Shown: positions 1 through 9,754 of the stretch, piece by piece
Numbering within the stretch: the stretch's first letter is position 1
How the letters are laid out: every line of letters starts with the position of its first letter
IMG/VR virus record: IMGVR_UViG_3300031088_000734
DNA length: 64,000 bases
Reading direction: 5' to 3' (one strand)
Origin: a virus
Position numbers and translations under genes: made by a program
The notes under the pieces: model-generated
Databases searched by the model: none
What the model saw: the letters and a program-made list of their open reading frames with translations, nothing else
Told to the model about the DNA's origin: nothing

Positions 1-447
1 ATGGAACCAATCATTGATGAAAAAAAATATATTGAAGTTATCAATAATGCATTAGATACTGCAAAAGAAATGCTTCAAGCTAACAATTCTATTTTTGAAA
101 AAGTTTTACCATCTTCTCTAGCAGAAGACACTGAACTTCGTGGTCGTGGTGTTACTTTGATGTTTGATGTCATTAAAGAAAAATTGGCTAATGGTGATAG
201 ATTATTGCCGCCAGAAGTAACCACAGTAAACCGTGCTCTTGTTGAATATGTTCAAAAAGTTGAACTTGCTCAATCTCATTTCATGTATATGAACAATGAT
301 ATGAATAACCTCAATCATTTCAAAGCAGCCGTAAGAGATGTTCATCATGTTCAAATGCAATTTTCAAACAATGCATTTTTGGAATCTCAACAGACCAACC
401 AATTGGATGAAGTTAAATCAAGATTAAACATCAGACCAAGACCATAA
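1..447 (+). CDS. hypothetical protein (may be 5'-truncated by the window edge)
   Basis: 148-aa ORF followed by a terminator at 464-487. Confidence 0.7.
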   Translation: MEPIIDEKKYIEVINNALDTAKEMLQANNSIFEKVLPSSLAEDTELRGRGVTLMFDVIKEKLANGDRLLPPEVTTVNRALVEYVQKVELAQSHFMYMNNDMNNLNHFKAAVRDVHHVQMQFSNNAFLESQQTNQLDEVKSRLNIRPRP

Positions 448-463
448 TAGGTTAGAATTACAG

Positions 464-487
464 AAAAGACATCTCATGATGTCTTTT
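464..487 (+). terminator. intrinsic terminator
   Basis: AAAAGACATC-tcat-GATGTCTTTT hairpin followed by a T-run. Confidence 0.8.
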
Positions 488-491
488 TTTG

Positions 492-520
492 TTGAATCTT
501 TCGATGATTTGAGGTATACT
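492..520 (+). promoter_or_regulatory. sigma70-type promoter
   Basis: TTGAAT-17 nt-TATACT directly after the terminator. Confidence 0.7.
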
Positions 521-555
521 AGCCATCTCATTTAAACAAACACGAGGATTTAGAT

Positions 556-876
556 ATGTCTCAACAACAAGGTCAACAAAAACAACAACCCATTCAAGTT
601 CACCTAATTGGTAAAAATCTGAGCATGGTTGGTCATAGCTTTATGTTCCCAAAAGGTTCAAAAGTTCACATTCAAAAACGTGTTGATGACCTGAAATCCA
701 AAAGAAGCGTTTATCAAGGTGTTCATTTCAGCAATGGTTCGGTTGTAGAAGTTCAGTTTGACGCGAAAACCCTTCGTCATATGCACTATGAAGATAAACC
801 CCAGCAAGGTGCTTATCGTGTCTCGTTGGTTGCAGCAGAACTGGAAGCACTTGAACTGCCAGCTATCCCCTTCTAA
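556..876 (+). CDS. hypothetical protein, C-terminus ...LPAIPF
   Basis: GAGG SD, own promoter, UUCG hairpin at 890-907 downstream. Confidence 0.8.
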   Translation: MSQQQGQQKQQPIQVHLIGKNLSMVGHSFMFPKGSKVHIQKRVDDLKSKRSVYQGVHFSNGSVVEVQFDAKTLRHMHYEDKPQQGAYRVSLVAAELEALELPAIPF

Positions 877-915
877 TCACGCTTAAAGCAGTCCGGTTCG
901 CCGGACTTTGAGGTT

Positions 916-1134
916 TTGTCCATGAGTAATCATAAACACGCTGTATGTGTCTGTTTTGAAGATTTGAAACTGGATGATGAAGTTATCATTTGGGATCGTA
1001 ATCATAATGCTCACGGAGCCACTGGCGTTATCTATCACATTGATATAGAGACTAAAATGGTATCAGTCGTTACAAAAGGCATGTTGGATACATGGGAAGG
1101 TTTGGCGGATGGACTTCAAAAAGTTGTAAAATAA
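916..1134 (+). CDS. small hypothetical protein (likely start ATG 922)
   Basis: GAGG SD; terminator at about 1153-1177. Confidence 0.65.
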   Translation: MSMSNHKHAVCVCFEDLKLDDEVIIWDRNHNAHGATGVIYHIDIETKMVSVVTKGMLDTWEGLADGLQKVVK

Positions 1135-1304
1135 CTATATAGTTTTATTCATAAACTCACTTTATTGTGGGTTTTTTGTTTTCTAATATTTGACTTTTCC
1201 TTTATTTATTATAAATTAAACTAAATAAGGCATCTTGTAGATATGCCTACCTAATCACTAACTGGGAAGCCAACGCTATCTACCAAAACTAAATAACAGA
1301 TAAA

Positions 1305-2963
1305 GTGATATCGGAGCATACACACATGAAAACAATCTATTTCATCGACAACGAGTCGATCAAAAGAACAGCGAAGGCTATTCAAAAAACAAATCCAACC
1401 TTTAAACACACTGTCATATTGGATGACTTGGCTAAAATTCTTGGTTACTCATCTTACAATCAATATGAACACTATCTTACTAATGCAATGTTGTCTAACA
1501 ATTCTGGATTGTCCGATCTTCAAGCATTAACAAAAATTAATTCTATCGAACTTGTATTATTGAAAAAACGATTTTTACAACAGCTCAATGAAAAGGCTTA
1601 TTCAGTAGATACTTTACATTTTATTGATAAAATTATAAGCAACCAAAAACAAGGCTTTTTGGAACATTCTTATTTAGATCTTAAAAGTTATGTTTACTAT
1701 TTACCATTTGTCTTCAACGACATGGATACACTTACTTTTGCAGACTCTATAAATCGTCATAATTTACAAGATATTATTAAAGTTGTAATAGACTATTATC
1801 AATCAATAGACATGGCAGCAGTAAAAACGCTTATTGATCAATGTAAATCAAATCCTGATTGTTTAGGTGATGAGCATTTATATGCTCAGTTTAATAATTA
1901 TAATAACAACTTAAAAACCCGAGGGATTTATTATTACATCAAATCAGTTATTGAAGATTTTGATTATGATGAAGCCTTACTGACTAAACTTATTTTGAAT
2001 GGTGATAATGTTGAAAAAATTGAGCATGAATTAAAGTATAGAATGAATAAAATGCATGACATTCAAATTCCAGTGTTTTTTAAGAAGGATAAACAAACAT
2101 TTGAGAACAATTACTTCCCCTTCATACAATCATCAATAAGCGAAAATAAACCGTTTATTTTTGGAAAGCATGTTGATAAGACACCTTTTTTTGCTGATAT
2201 TGATTATTTACGTTCAAATATCTCATTACTGGGTGTTCCGGGGACTGGTAAAGGTTCTTTTTTATACACTTTCGTCTTTCAAATTTTAATGAATAATAGA
2301 GGTGTTTGTATTATTAATACTGCAGGTGAAACTTTTATGGATCGTTACATTACGCATATTGCCAATTTTTTCAATAAAAAAGATGATGTTTTTGTCTTTA
2401 ATAAAGATGCCAATGTAAGAACTATTGCTGGTGCTATTCATAACGATAAAATCCTTTTAACCAGTTGTGCTAGAAAAATAGACGCAAGACGTGGTATAGA
2501 CATCTACGAAACAGGAAGAGAACGATTTGAAGCTATTTTAACTGGTTTAACTGAATACTTTTTTACTGCGAAATTTAGAACTAAAAAATTGCCTTTTTAC
2601 ATTATTATTGAAGAATCACATATGATGACAGATATCAGCGTAAATGCCAAAATAATGATTAAAAAATTAAATGCTTTGAATATATTCTTTTTGTTTGACA
2701 GTCAAGTCTACGAGAAATCTGTTCATGAGATTTGTGATACTCAACTTATTTCTAATAGCTCATGTTGGTTATTAAAAAACAGTTCTAGTTTTGAATTTAG
2801 TCAACTTATGAAACAAATGGAGGCTGATAGTACATTGATTGGTAAGCATGGCCCATCAAAAGCATTACCACCTGTATTCAGTCTGATACACAAAGAACAA
2901 TACGTTGATCAGTTCATCATAGAAGTTGATGATGGCTTATTTGAAAACCTGCCGAATCCATAA
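1305..2963 (+). CDS. P-loop NTPase (TraD/IcmO-like C-terminal part) with N-terminal glyoxalase-superfamily/HTH-like segment; likely start ATG 1326
   Basis: Walker A GVPGTGKGS, Walker B-like IIIEESH; N-terminal KRTAKAIQK...LDDLAKILGYSSY. Confidence 0.6.
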   Translation: MISEHTHMKTIYFIDNESIKRTAKAIQKTNPTFKHTVILDDLAKILGYSSYNQYEHYLTNAMLSNNSGLSDLQALTKINSIELVLLKKRFLQQLNEKAYSVDTLHFIDKIISNQKQGFLEHSYLDLKSYVYYLPFVFNDMDTLTFADSINRHNLQDIIKVVIDYYQSIDMAAVKTLIDQCKSNPDCLGDEHLYAQFNNYNNNLKTRGIYYYIKSVIEDFDYDEALLTKLILNGDNVEKIEHELKYRMNKMHDIQIPVFFKKDKQTFENNYFPFIQSSISENKPFIFGKHVDKTPFFADIDYLRSNISLLGVPGTGKGSFLYTFVFQILMNNRGVCIINTAGETFMDRYITHIANFFNKKDDVFVFNKDANVRTIAGAIHNDKILLTSCARKIDARRGIDIYETGRERFEAILTGLTEYFFTAKFRTKKLPFYIIIEESHMMTDISVNAKIMIKKLNALNIFFLFDSQVYEKSVHEICDTQLISNSSCWLLKNSSSFEFSQLMKQMEADSTLIGKHGPSKALPPVFSLIHKEQYVDQFIIEVDDGLFENLPNP

Positions 2964-3019
2964 CAAATAAAGCTCCTATGGAGCTTTTGTTTTATCCTTT
3001 AATATAAAGCTTTTCACAT

Positions 3020-3047
3020 TTGACAAAATCTTCATTTGAGGTAAATT
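3020..3047 (+). promoter_or_regulatory. sigma70-type promoter
   Basis: TTGACA-16 nt-TAAATT after the terminator at about 2969-2990. Confidence 0.65.
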
Positions 3048-3066
3048 ATCTTGGGAGGTATTTTCT

Positions 3067-3906
3067 ATGTGGCTAACTAAATATTTTAATAAAAAACAGA
3101 GTGAAGAAGATTTTTTGATAAATCATATTAAAGACAATTATGATTTTGATGAAGTTATTTTAATAGAAAAAAAAGATCCTGACTTTTTACTAAGTCTTAA
3201 TCTTTTAGCCTCTACAATTCTTGAAAATAAGCAAGCTTCCTTGGGTATTTCTCAAATAGATCCTACTCTTATTGAAAAACTTATTAATGAAATTAATTCA
3301 TCAGGTGAATATGCAATAATTAAATTTTCACGTAAATATATGATGACAACCTCATATAATTATGCAATTTTATCTAAAAATTTACAGAGTTACACTATTC
3401 CTTTTAAATACATTACTGACATTTATTTATTTTCTAAATTTCCTTCGCTTAAAGGTTTTGATTACCGATTTATTGAAAATTTGGTAAGAGTTAAAAGTTA
3501 CAGATGTTTAAAAGTTAGTAATGAAATTAGCATAGTTCCATCTTATTCTATTCGATTCCCTTTAAACGCTTCTGGCTTTTTAGAAAACTATAAAACTGGC
3601 TTTACTTTAAGAACTCTAAAATCGACATGTTCTCGTGATTTAGAAATTATTATTGATATTGAAACTATTAATGAATCTATTAATCATTCTGTTAAATTAT
3701 TTTATGGAGCAATATTATTAAAAGAAAAGAAATTTTCTGATATGCCTGAACTTCCGGCCTTTCTTGATGATTTTTTATTTCCTTACAATATGAAATATGA
3801 GTTGATTAATGAGTTAGGGATAACGTTACCTTTCAAATTTACACCCGAGTTTTTAAAATCTATGGATGATGATTTTAAACTTACCGTTGACATGTTAAAG
3901 ATATAG
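3067..3906 (+). CDS. hypothetical protein, C-terminal M-x-x-I family
   Basis: GGAGG SD; ends DMLKI; weakly similar to the next three ORFs. Confidence 0.85.
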   Translation: MWLTKYFNKKQSEEDFLINHIKDNYDFDEVILIEKKDPDFLLSLNLLASTILENKQASLGISQIDPTLIEKLINEINSSGEYAIIKFSRKYMMTTSYNYAILSKNLQSYTIPFKYITDIYLFSKFPSLKGFDYRFIENLVRVKSYRCLKVSNEISIVPSYSIRFPLNASGFLENYKTGFTLRTLKSTCSRDLEIIIDIETINESINHSVKLFYGAILLKEKKFSDMPELPAFLDDFLFPYNMKYELINELGITLPFKFTPEFLKSMDDDFKLTVDMLKI

Positions 3907-3919
3907 GAGATTATCAATC

Positions 3920-4813
3920 ATGGATTCATCTATAAAAAAAAATTTATCTACAGTAGATATTCTTTCTACTGAAAATAAGGACTATATTGATATTTTTTTA
4001 AATCATTTAAAAACTCAATATGACTACGACAATGTATCTTTGTTTACATTTAAGACACCGTTTGAAAATTATAATTTTAGTGTTTTAAATGACGCTTTGA
4101 ACTCAATTTTATCAGTAAAACTAAGAAATGAGACAAGAATTATGACAAAAGAAGATATTGAACTTCACAAAGTATTTGTATTAAATTATTTTGATACTAT
4201 TAGTATTGTAAAACTCAGTAGGTCTTATGATTTAAATGAAGAAAACTTATATTTAATAATTTCAGTTCATTTAAATGAAGCAAATGAATTTATAATAAGT
4301 TTGCCAGAAAGATTTAATAATTTCAAAATTATTAACCATCATAATGTTGTTAATGATCAAATGAAGAGTTATTATTTTGACGATCACATGTCTTATTTAA
4401 ATTTTAAAATAGATATTGTATCAAAATCATGTATTTTAGAGGAATCTTTAATTGTTAAAATAAAGGTTGCCAATGAAACACCCTTATTAAGTTATAGCTA
4501 TGATTCGAGAGAATCCATTCAAACTAACTACAATAGGAAAGCACAACTTAATATAAGTTTAATAAAAATAAATGATATTGAACTATTAATAGATTTAAAA
4601 CTTAAATTAAACAAAATTACACTAAAACAATACTCAGCTCATATGAATATTGATGAATTCAATATTAAGAAGGTTGTTGAAAGATTTATTTTTCCAGTAA
4701 ATGAAGGTATTGAGTTATTGAATAGTTGGAATATTAATCCTCAATTAACTTACGATTTTATGAATGTTGATTACAGTAATTTCTGGGATATTAAAATGAT
4801 GGTGCAAATATGA
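3920..4813 (+). CDS. hypothetical protein, C-terminal M-x-x-I family
   Basis: GGAG SD; ends MMVQI; paralog of 4830 and 5753. Confidence 0.85.
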   Translation: MDSSIKKNLSTVDILSTENKDYIDIFLNHLKTQYDYDNVSLFTFKTPFENYNFSVLNDALNSILSVKLRNETRIMTKEDIELHKVFVLNYFDTISIVKLSRSYDLNEENLYLIISVHLNEANEFIISLPERFNNFKIINHHNVVNDQMKSYYFDDHMSYLNFKIDIVSKSCILEESLIVKIKVANETPLLSYSYDSRESIQTNYNRKAQLNISLIKINDIELLIDLKLKLNKITLKQYSAHMNIDEFNIKKVVERFIFPVNEGIELLNSWNINPQLTYDFMNVDYSNFWDIKMMVQI

Positions 4814-4829
4814 AAAACAGGAGATTTAC

Positions 4830-5756
4830 ATGAAAGAAGGTCATGTATTTAGATCGTTTACTGATACGGGTAATATCTATTCACATAAATTACTGCAGAA
4901 CAAAACACTTGAGAACTTCCTTTCTCACTTAAAAACGTCTCTTGATTATGAACAAGCAGCTATCTATGTTTACGATAATTTAACAAAAGATGCTGATATT
5001 GAGCTTATTCGCAGTGCGATTAATTTTATACTGCATGCTCGTTTTAATATTATCGATCCAGAACAATATGAGCAATTTAAAACTCTTTTGTTTACTTATT
5101 CTGATGTTATTCAAGTTGTTCAATTAACTCGTATCTATAAGCGTCATAAAGAACATCATTATTTATTTGTATGCAGTTATTTTGATGGAGAAGATCTAAA
5201 CATCATTATCCCAGCACAGTTAAATTATTACTCTTTATTAAGGGTGCCATTAGTGAACATTCCTTTTAGTAATTTAGGAAGCTATCATGTTAGACCTAAA
5301 CCTATCTATGAAGATTGTAATCATTTTATTGAATTTAAAGAATGTAAAGTAAACGCTAAACAAACCGTATTCTTTTTTCAATCTGTTTGCGAGATAAATA
5401 TGGAAGTAAGTGATTTTAGTCCTATTTTAACTAATCGGCTTAAAACAAAATATGATTCTATAAGTTATGATAGAAAAGCACAAGTTGTTGTAACGCTGTA
5501 CCCAAATGATCCTGAATTTCAATTCGATTACTTTCTTGATTTAACTTTAATGATTGGAAAACGCATTCTTAAAAACAATGTAATCATTCATAGCATCGAC
5601 ACCAACTTGGAAAAAATTATTGATAAGTTTATATTCCCACTGAATGAGTCTTACACCTTGATCTCCGAATGGAACTTAGATCCTGAATTGACGGAAGAGT
5701 TTATGTCCAAAGATTATGAATCTTTTTGGCAATTAAAAGAAATGGTACAAATATGA
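4830..5756 (+). CDS. hypothetical protein, C-terminal M-x-x-I family
   Basis: AGGAG SD; ends EMVQI; shares RKAQ and FIFPxNE with 3920. Confidence 0.85.
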   Translation: MKEGHVFRSFTDTGNIYSHKLLQNKTLENFLSHLKTSLDYEQAAIYVYDNLTKDADIELIRSAINFILHARFNIIDPEQYEQFKTLLFTYSDVIQVVQLTRIYKRHKEHHYLFVCSYFDGEDLNIIIPAQLNYYSLLRVPLVNIPFSNLGSYHVRPKPIYEDCNHFIEFKECKVNAKQTVFFFQSVCEINMEVSDFSPILTNRLKTKYDSISYDRKAQVVVTLYPNDPEFQFDYFLDLTLMIGKRILKNNVIIHSIDTNLEKIIDKFIFPLNESYTLISEWNLDPELTEEFMSKDYESFWQLKEMVQI

Positions 5757-6670
5757 TTAAATCGCTTATAAATCTGTTTAAATCTATAAAAAAAGATGAA
5801 TCAAATATTGAGCCTTTGCCAGTGGTTGATGTTGATAACTTTTTCATAAAATTACAAAAACCTTTAAATAATCTTGTGTCATTTTTAAAAGAGACTTATT
5901 CATATGACCGAGTAACGTATTATTCTTTTGATCAGCCGTTTTCTGATTATTCAAAAAAATCTAGAATAATTCTTGACGCTGCATTGAGTGATATTTTTGG
6001 TGCTGAGTATGTATCTTCAAAATTAGAACATTTAAGTCATTTTCAGTTTATTGTATGTAATAGGTGTTATGATAACATTCATACATCCGATTACATACAG
6101 CTTTATCATTTTGATGATCCTGATGGGAAGTTTAGGATTCTTCTTGATGATCCTGATTCCAATTTAGGGTTTTTACGAATACCATTTATTAATTTAAATG
6201 GAGCTATTGGATTAAAATGTAGAAAATTTTTAGAATACAGAGAAATATATGATGAAAACTCATCAGAATCTCCAGTTTTTAGAACTCTTGATAATGTTTT
6301 TAGCAAAGTCATTCCTGTTAAAAAAATTTCACCCATTCTTGACCTGTATGATTATCCTTATTACGAAGCTGAATATCTGTCTTATGAAAATAGAGAAGCT
6401 GACTTTATCATTAAAAAGTATTTTGATCAATTTGGTGTTGAGTATTGCTTATTTGAGTTACGCCATGCCAATACAATTATAAAGACAAAAACGATCAAGA
6501 TCGATTGTTTAGTTTTTGACATTGATAAAGAAGTTGATGAGTTCTTATTTCCATTATTAGAAAAACCAGAAATGTTAGACGCTATCCATCTTGTTCCAAC
6601 GCTTTCTGCTGAATTCATGAGTCAAGACTTTTCTGATTTTATTGCCGTAAAAAACATGACCATTATTTGA
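5753..6670 (+). CDS. hypothetical protein, C-terminal M-x-x-I family
   Basis: ATGA overlap with the previous stop; ends NMTII. Confidence 0.85.
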   Translation: MIKSLINLFKSIKKDESNIEPLPVVDVDNFFIKLQKPLNNLVSFLKETYSYDRVTYYSFDQPFSDYSKKSRIILDAALSDIFGAEYVSSKLEHLSHFQFIVCNRCYDNIHTSDYIQLYHFDDPDGKFRILLDDPDSNLGFLRIPFINLNGAIGLKCRKFLEYREIYDENSSESPVFRTLDNVFSKVIPVKKISPILDLYDYPYYEAEYLSYENREADFIIKKYFDQFGVEYCLFELRHANTIIKTKTIKIDCLVFDIDKEVDEFLFPLLEKPEMLDAIHLVPTLSAEFMSQDFSDFIAVKNMTII

Positions 6671-6702
6671 AGAATACCTTTGACGAAAATGTTTTTTAAG
6701 GT

Positions 6703-6951
6703 ATGCTGACAACTACATACAAGGAGATTGCAGATATGACGATTTTTAATTCAAAAGGCGAAAATCACTCTGGTAAAGAGCTTTTTGACCGTGATGGTTT
6801 TGTAAAGGTAGACGTTCAACAAGAAATTTCAAGGGCTACGCTCAATGACTTCCCAGCTAGTTCAGAGCTTGTGCGTTGTCATTATTCACTTAAATTCTGG
6901 CAAAGTCATCCCAATGAAACACCCCAGATGATTTTCTCTCGCATCAAGTAA
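6703..6951 (+). CDS. hypothetical protein
   Basis: 82-aa ORF; AAGGAG precedes internal ATG 6736; terminator at 6951-6978. Confidence 0.6.
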   Translation: MLTTTYKEIADMTIFNSKGENHSGKELFDRDGFVKVDVQQEISRATLNDFPASSELVRCHYSLKFWQSHPNETPQMIFSRIK

Positions 6952-6980
6952 AAAAAGACCTCCTAATGAGGTTTTTTTCA

Positions 6981-7009
6981 TTGCATATCTAACTTAATGT
7001 GTGTATAAT
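6981..7009 (+). promoter_or_regulatory. sigma70-type promoter
   Basis: TTGCAT-17 nt-TATAAT after the hairpin at 6951-6978. Confidence 0.75.
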
Positions 7010-7045
7010 CGCTCCATCAACCTTCATCCACTTAGGAGTTAAATA

Positions 7046-8149
7046 ATGGAGTTGTTTCTAATCGGCATTCCTTGTGCTTTCTTGCTTCCATTGATTTGCA
7101 AATTTATCTTTCCACATGAAGTGACCGTCAAAGAATACCTGTTCGTTTCTTTTGTGAACGTGATTTGTGTGACTGTATTTTATGCATTCATCAACTTTCA
7201 TGCGACATGGGATACCGAAATTTGGAGTGGGCAAGTTACCAGCAAGCAGTCTCAGCATGTTTCATGTGAACACTCTTATCAGTGCCGTTGCCGCCAACAA
7301 CGTTCTGGCACAGACAGTAAAGGTAATGCTACCTATACCACTGTATGTGATACCTGCTATGAACATAGCTATGATGTAGACTGGCAAGTAGACAGTAACG
7401 TAGGTCGTGAACTGATTAATCGTGTTGACCGCCGTGGTCTTAAAGAACCACCACGTTTCAGCAAGGTTGAAGTAGGTGAACCTTTTGCAACAACCCGTAA
7501 CTTCACCAACTACATTAAAGCAGCACCAGATACCTTGTTTGTTGAATCGAAAGCCATGCAAGAGAAGTATGTTGGCAAACTTCCAGAGTATCCAGATATT
7601 TATGATTACTATCGTATCAATCGTGTCATTACGTTGGGTAAAGTGGGTGTTCCAGCCAATGATTTGAACATCATGCTCAATGAACAAATGCGTAAATGGG
7701 GGCCATTGAAACAAGGTAACGTGATTGCAGTGTTTGTTGATGATACCTATCAAGAAGACTTCTACCACGCTTTGCAGTCTCACTGGTTGGGTGGTAAAAA
7801 GAACGACATTATTGTGATTGTGCAAGTCGATAGCACTGGAAAAGTGGGCTGGAATCGTGTATTCTCTAGGGCAGACACAGCAACCTTCGATAAATCAATT
7901 GAATTTGACCTTGCTGAAATGAAACAGTTTGATAAGGTTAAGTATGTTGAAATCTTGAACCAGAATATTGGTGAACGTTTCCACCGTATGGACTTTGAAC
8001 AGTTTAAATACTTGTTGGAAGAACTAAAGCCATCGACAACAGCGTTGATTGTTGGTATCTTCTTCGCTCTTGTCATCAACATTGGTTTGAACTTCTTGAT
8101 TGTCAAAGAAGACGTTTTTGGTGAAAGTTTGCGTAGGCGTTTTCGGTAA
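7046..8149 (+). CDS. membrane protein with Cys-rich segment and TPM-like domain
   Basis: Two N-terminal TMs, CEHSYQCRC...CDTC, GGKKNDIIVIV, C-terminal TM; AGGAG SD. Confidence 0.65.
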   Translation: MELFLIGIPCAFLLPLICKFIFPHEVTVKEYLFVSFVNVICVTVFYAFINFHATWDTEIWSGQVTSKQSQHVSCEHSYQCRCRQQRSGTDSKGNATYTTVCDTCYEHSYDVDWQVDSNVGRELINRVDRRGLKEPPRFSKVEVGEPFATTRNFTNYIKAAPDTLFVESKAMQEKYVGKLPEYPDIYDYYRINRVITLGKVGVPANDLNIMLNEQMRKWGPLKQGNVIAVFVDDTYQEDFYHALQSHWLGGKKNDIIVIVQVDSTGKVGWNRVFSRADTATFDKSIEFDLAEMKQFDKVKYVEILNQNIGERFHRMDFEQFKYLLEELKPSTTALIVGIFFALVINIGLNFLIVKEDVFGESLRRRFR

Positions 8150-8213
8150 AATTAGCCCTTCGGGGCTTGTTTTAAACAGTTGTAAACAAGCTTCAAAAAA
8201 GTAAAAAAAAATG

Positions 8214-8242
8214 TTGCTACACAATGATTTACTTGCTATAAT
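8214..8242 (+). promoter_or_regulatory. sigma70 extended -10 promoter
   Basis: TTGCTA-17 nt-TATAAT with a TGn extension. Confidence 0.75.
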
Positions 8243-8283
8243 CATCACCTAACTTAAACAACTCTTAAAGGAGAGTAGAAAGA

Positions 8284-8886
8284 ATGAATACAATGAATAA
8301 ACAACGTGGTAGTGTTATTGGCTGGGCTTTGATGGGTCTGTTTGGGCTTATTTTTGTAAGTGGTCTTATTTTCACTGTCATGGTTATTTCAAAACGTAAC
8401 GCTTTTGTGCGAATTGAAAACAACATTCATATGGCTTATGAAGAATCGAAAAACGTTCACTCCAACTACGTGCTTCGTATTCAAGAAATGGCTCAGGTTC
8501 CAAAGATGGCAACCAAGCAATTGAGCGAAATTGTTAAAGCAAGTAACGAAGGTCGTTATGGTAATGATGGTTCAAAAGCGGTGTTCCAGTTTTTGAAAGA
8601 ACAAAACCCAAATATTGACCAAAGCCTGTATACGAATATTCAAAAAGAAGTAACGGGTGGACGACTTGACTTCCAATCCAAGATTACTCGGGTCAATGAT
8701 AACAAAGGTGTAGCTTACAACATGCTTGATGATACGGTTGGTGGGTTTATCTTGAAAGACATCTTGGGTATGCCACGTAAGAACATCGGCTATGAAGGTG
8801 GCCCAGACGATTACAAAGTGATTATGTCCGAAACCTCTGTTGAAACGTATAAAACTGGTGTAGATAAAGGTGTTAATATGCTCTAA
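8284..8886 (+). CDS. LemA-like membrane-anchored protein
   Basis: Single N-terminal TM then a helical body (RNAFVRIENNI...GRYG...EQNPN...GRLDFQ); adjacent to a TPM-like gene. Confidence 0.6.
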   Translation: MNTMNKQRGSVIGWALMGLFGLIFVSGLIFTVMVISKRNAFVRIENNIHMAYEESKNVHSNYVLRIQEMAQVPKMATKQLSEIVKASNEGRYGNDGSKAVFQFLKEQNPNIDQSLYTNIQKEVTGGRLDFQSKITRVNDNKGVAYNMLDDTVGGFILKDILGMPRKNIGYEGGPDDYKVIMSETSVETYKTGVDKGVNML

Positions 8887-8900
8887 CCAGCGTATAAAGA

Positions 8901-8926
8901 AAAGGGAGCCGAAAGGCTCCTTTTTT
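8901..8926 (+). terminator. intrinsic terminator (GAAA loop)
   Basis: AAGGGAGCC-gaaa-GGCTCCTTT plus T-run; TTGCTT...TGGTATAAT promoter follows. Confidence 0.85.
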
Positions 8927-8985
8927 GTTGCTTATCATAATGTTTTTATGGTATAATCATGTTATGTTCATCAATGGAGACAAGC

Positions 8986-9375
8986 ATGTCAGCACAAAAA
9001 TTCAGTAAAAATCCAGAACACAAAATGGATGAAATTTATTTCGTAGCCGATGAAATGGGTCTGCAGCGTCAAGGTCTTGAATATGAAACTAATAAAAGTT
9101 CTCGTTACCCTTACTGGAAACACTTTGAATCCGGTCGCCAGTTTCGCTACAATGAGGAAACGAACACGCTTGATGTATCATCTACTGATATGGATCGCTG
9201 GGCTAACTCTACCGTGCTGAGTGTTGAAGTTCCTGAGCGTCTTGATCGTTTCCGACAACTGTTGCTGGAATGCATTGTAATGACCCATAACACCCCTATT
9301 TGGGACGATGAAGATGATGTTAAACGTAAACAACCGCACACCCGTAAATGCCGCAATATTCGCCGTAAGCCTTAA
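8986..9375 (+). CDS. hypothetical protein
   Basis: GGAG SD before ATG 8986; own promoter. Confidence 0.75.
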   Translation: MSAQKFSKNPEHKMDEIYFVADEMGLQRQGLEYETNKSSRYPYWKHFESGRQFRYNEETNTLDVSSTDMDRWANSTVLSVEVPERLDRFRQLLLECIVMTHNTPIWDDEDDVKRKQPHTRKCRNIRRKP

Positions 9376-9668
9376 TGGAGAACGTTATGAACCCCAGTAT
9401 ACTCAGTCATTTTGTAGGCCGTGAGTTAAACATAACTCTTGCTATTTTCTTTTCATTGATTTTGGTAGGCATCATGAGTTGGCCTTTTATCAAGCGTTGG
9501 TATTACAGTCGCTTGAAAAATCCTTTTGAGGTTACGCTTAAAGGTCGAACTTACCTTATTGATAAAAAATCGGGTGAATGGATTGTTGATCAAATGGCAA
9601 GACAAGATAAGGTATTTGATGAACTCGAAGCAAAAGCCAGAGAGCAGAAGGATAATAGTTCATCATAA
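9375..9668 (+). CDS. single-TM hypothetical protein
   Basis: TAATG overlap; hydrophobic segment ITLAIFFSLILVGIMSWPF. Confidence 0.7.
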   Translation: MENVMNPSILSHFVGRELNITLAIFFSLILVGIMSWPFIKRWYYSRLKNPFEVTLKGRTYLIDKKSGEWIVDQMARQDKVFDELEAKAREQKDNSSS

Positions 9669-9754
9669 TTGCATTTTTTTAGAATATTATTCGAAAATTA
9701 TTGATTATTTGTAAAAATTGTGTTAGATTCTCCATGACTTCAGAGGATCTAACC

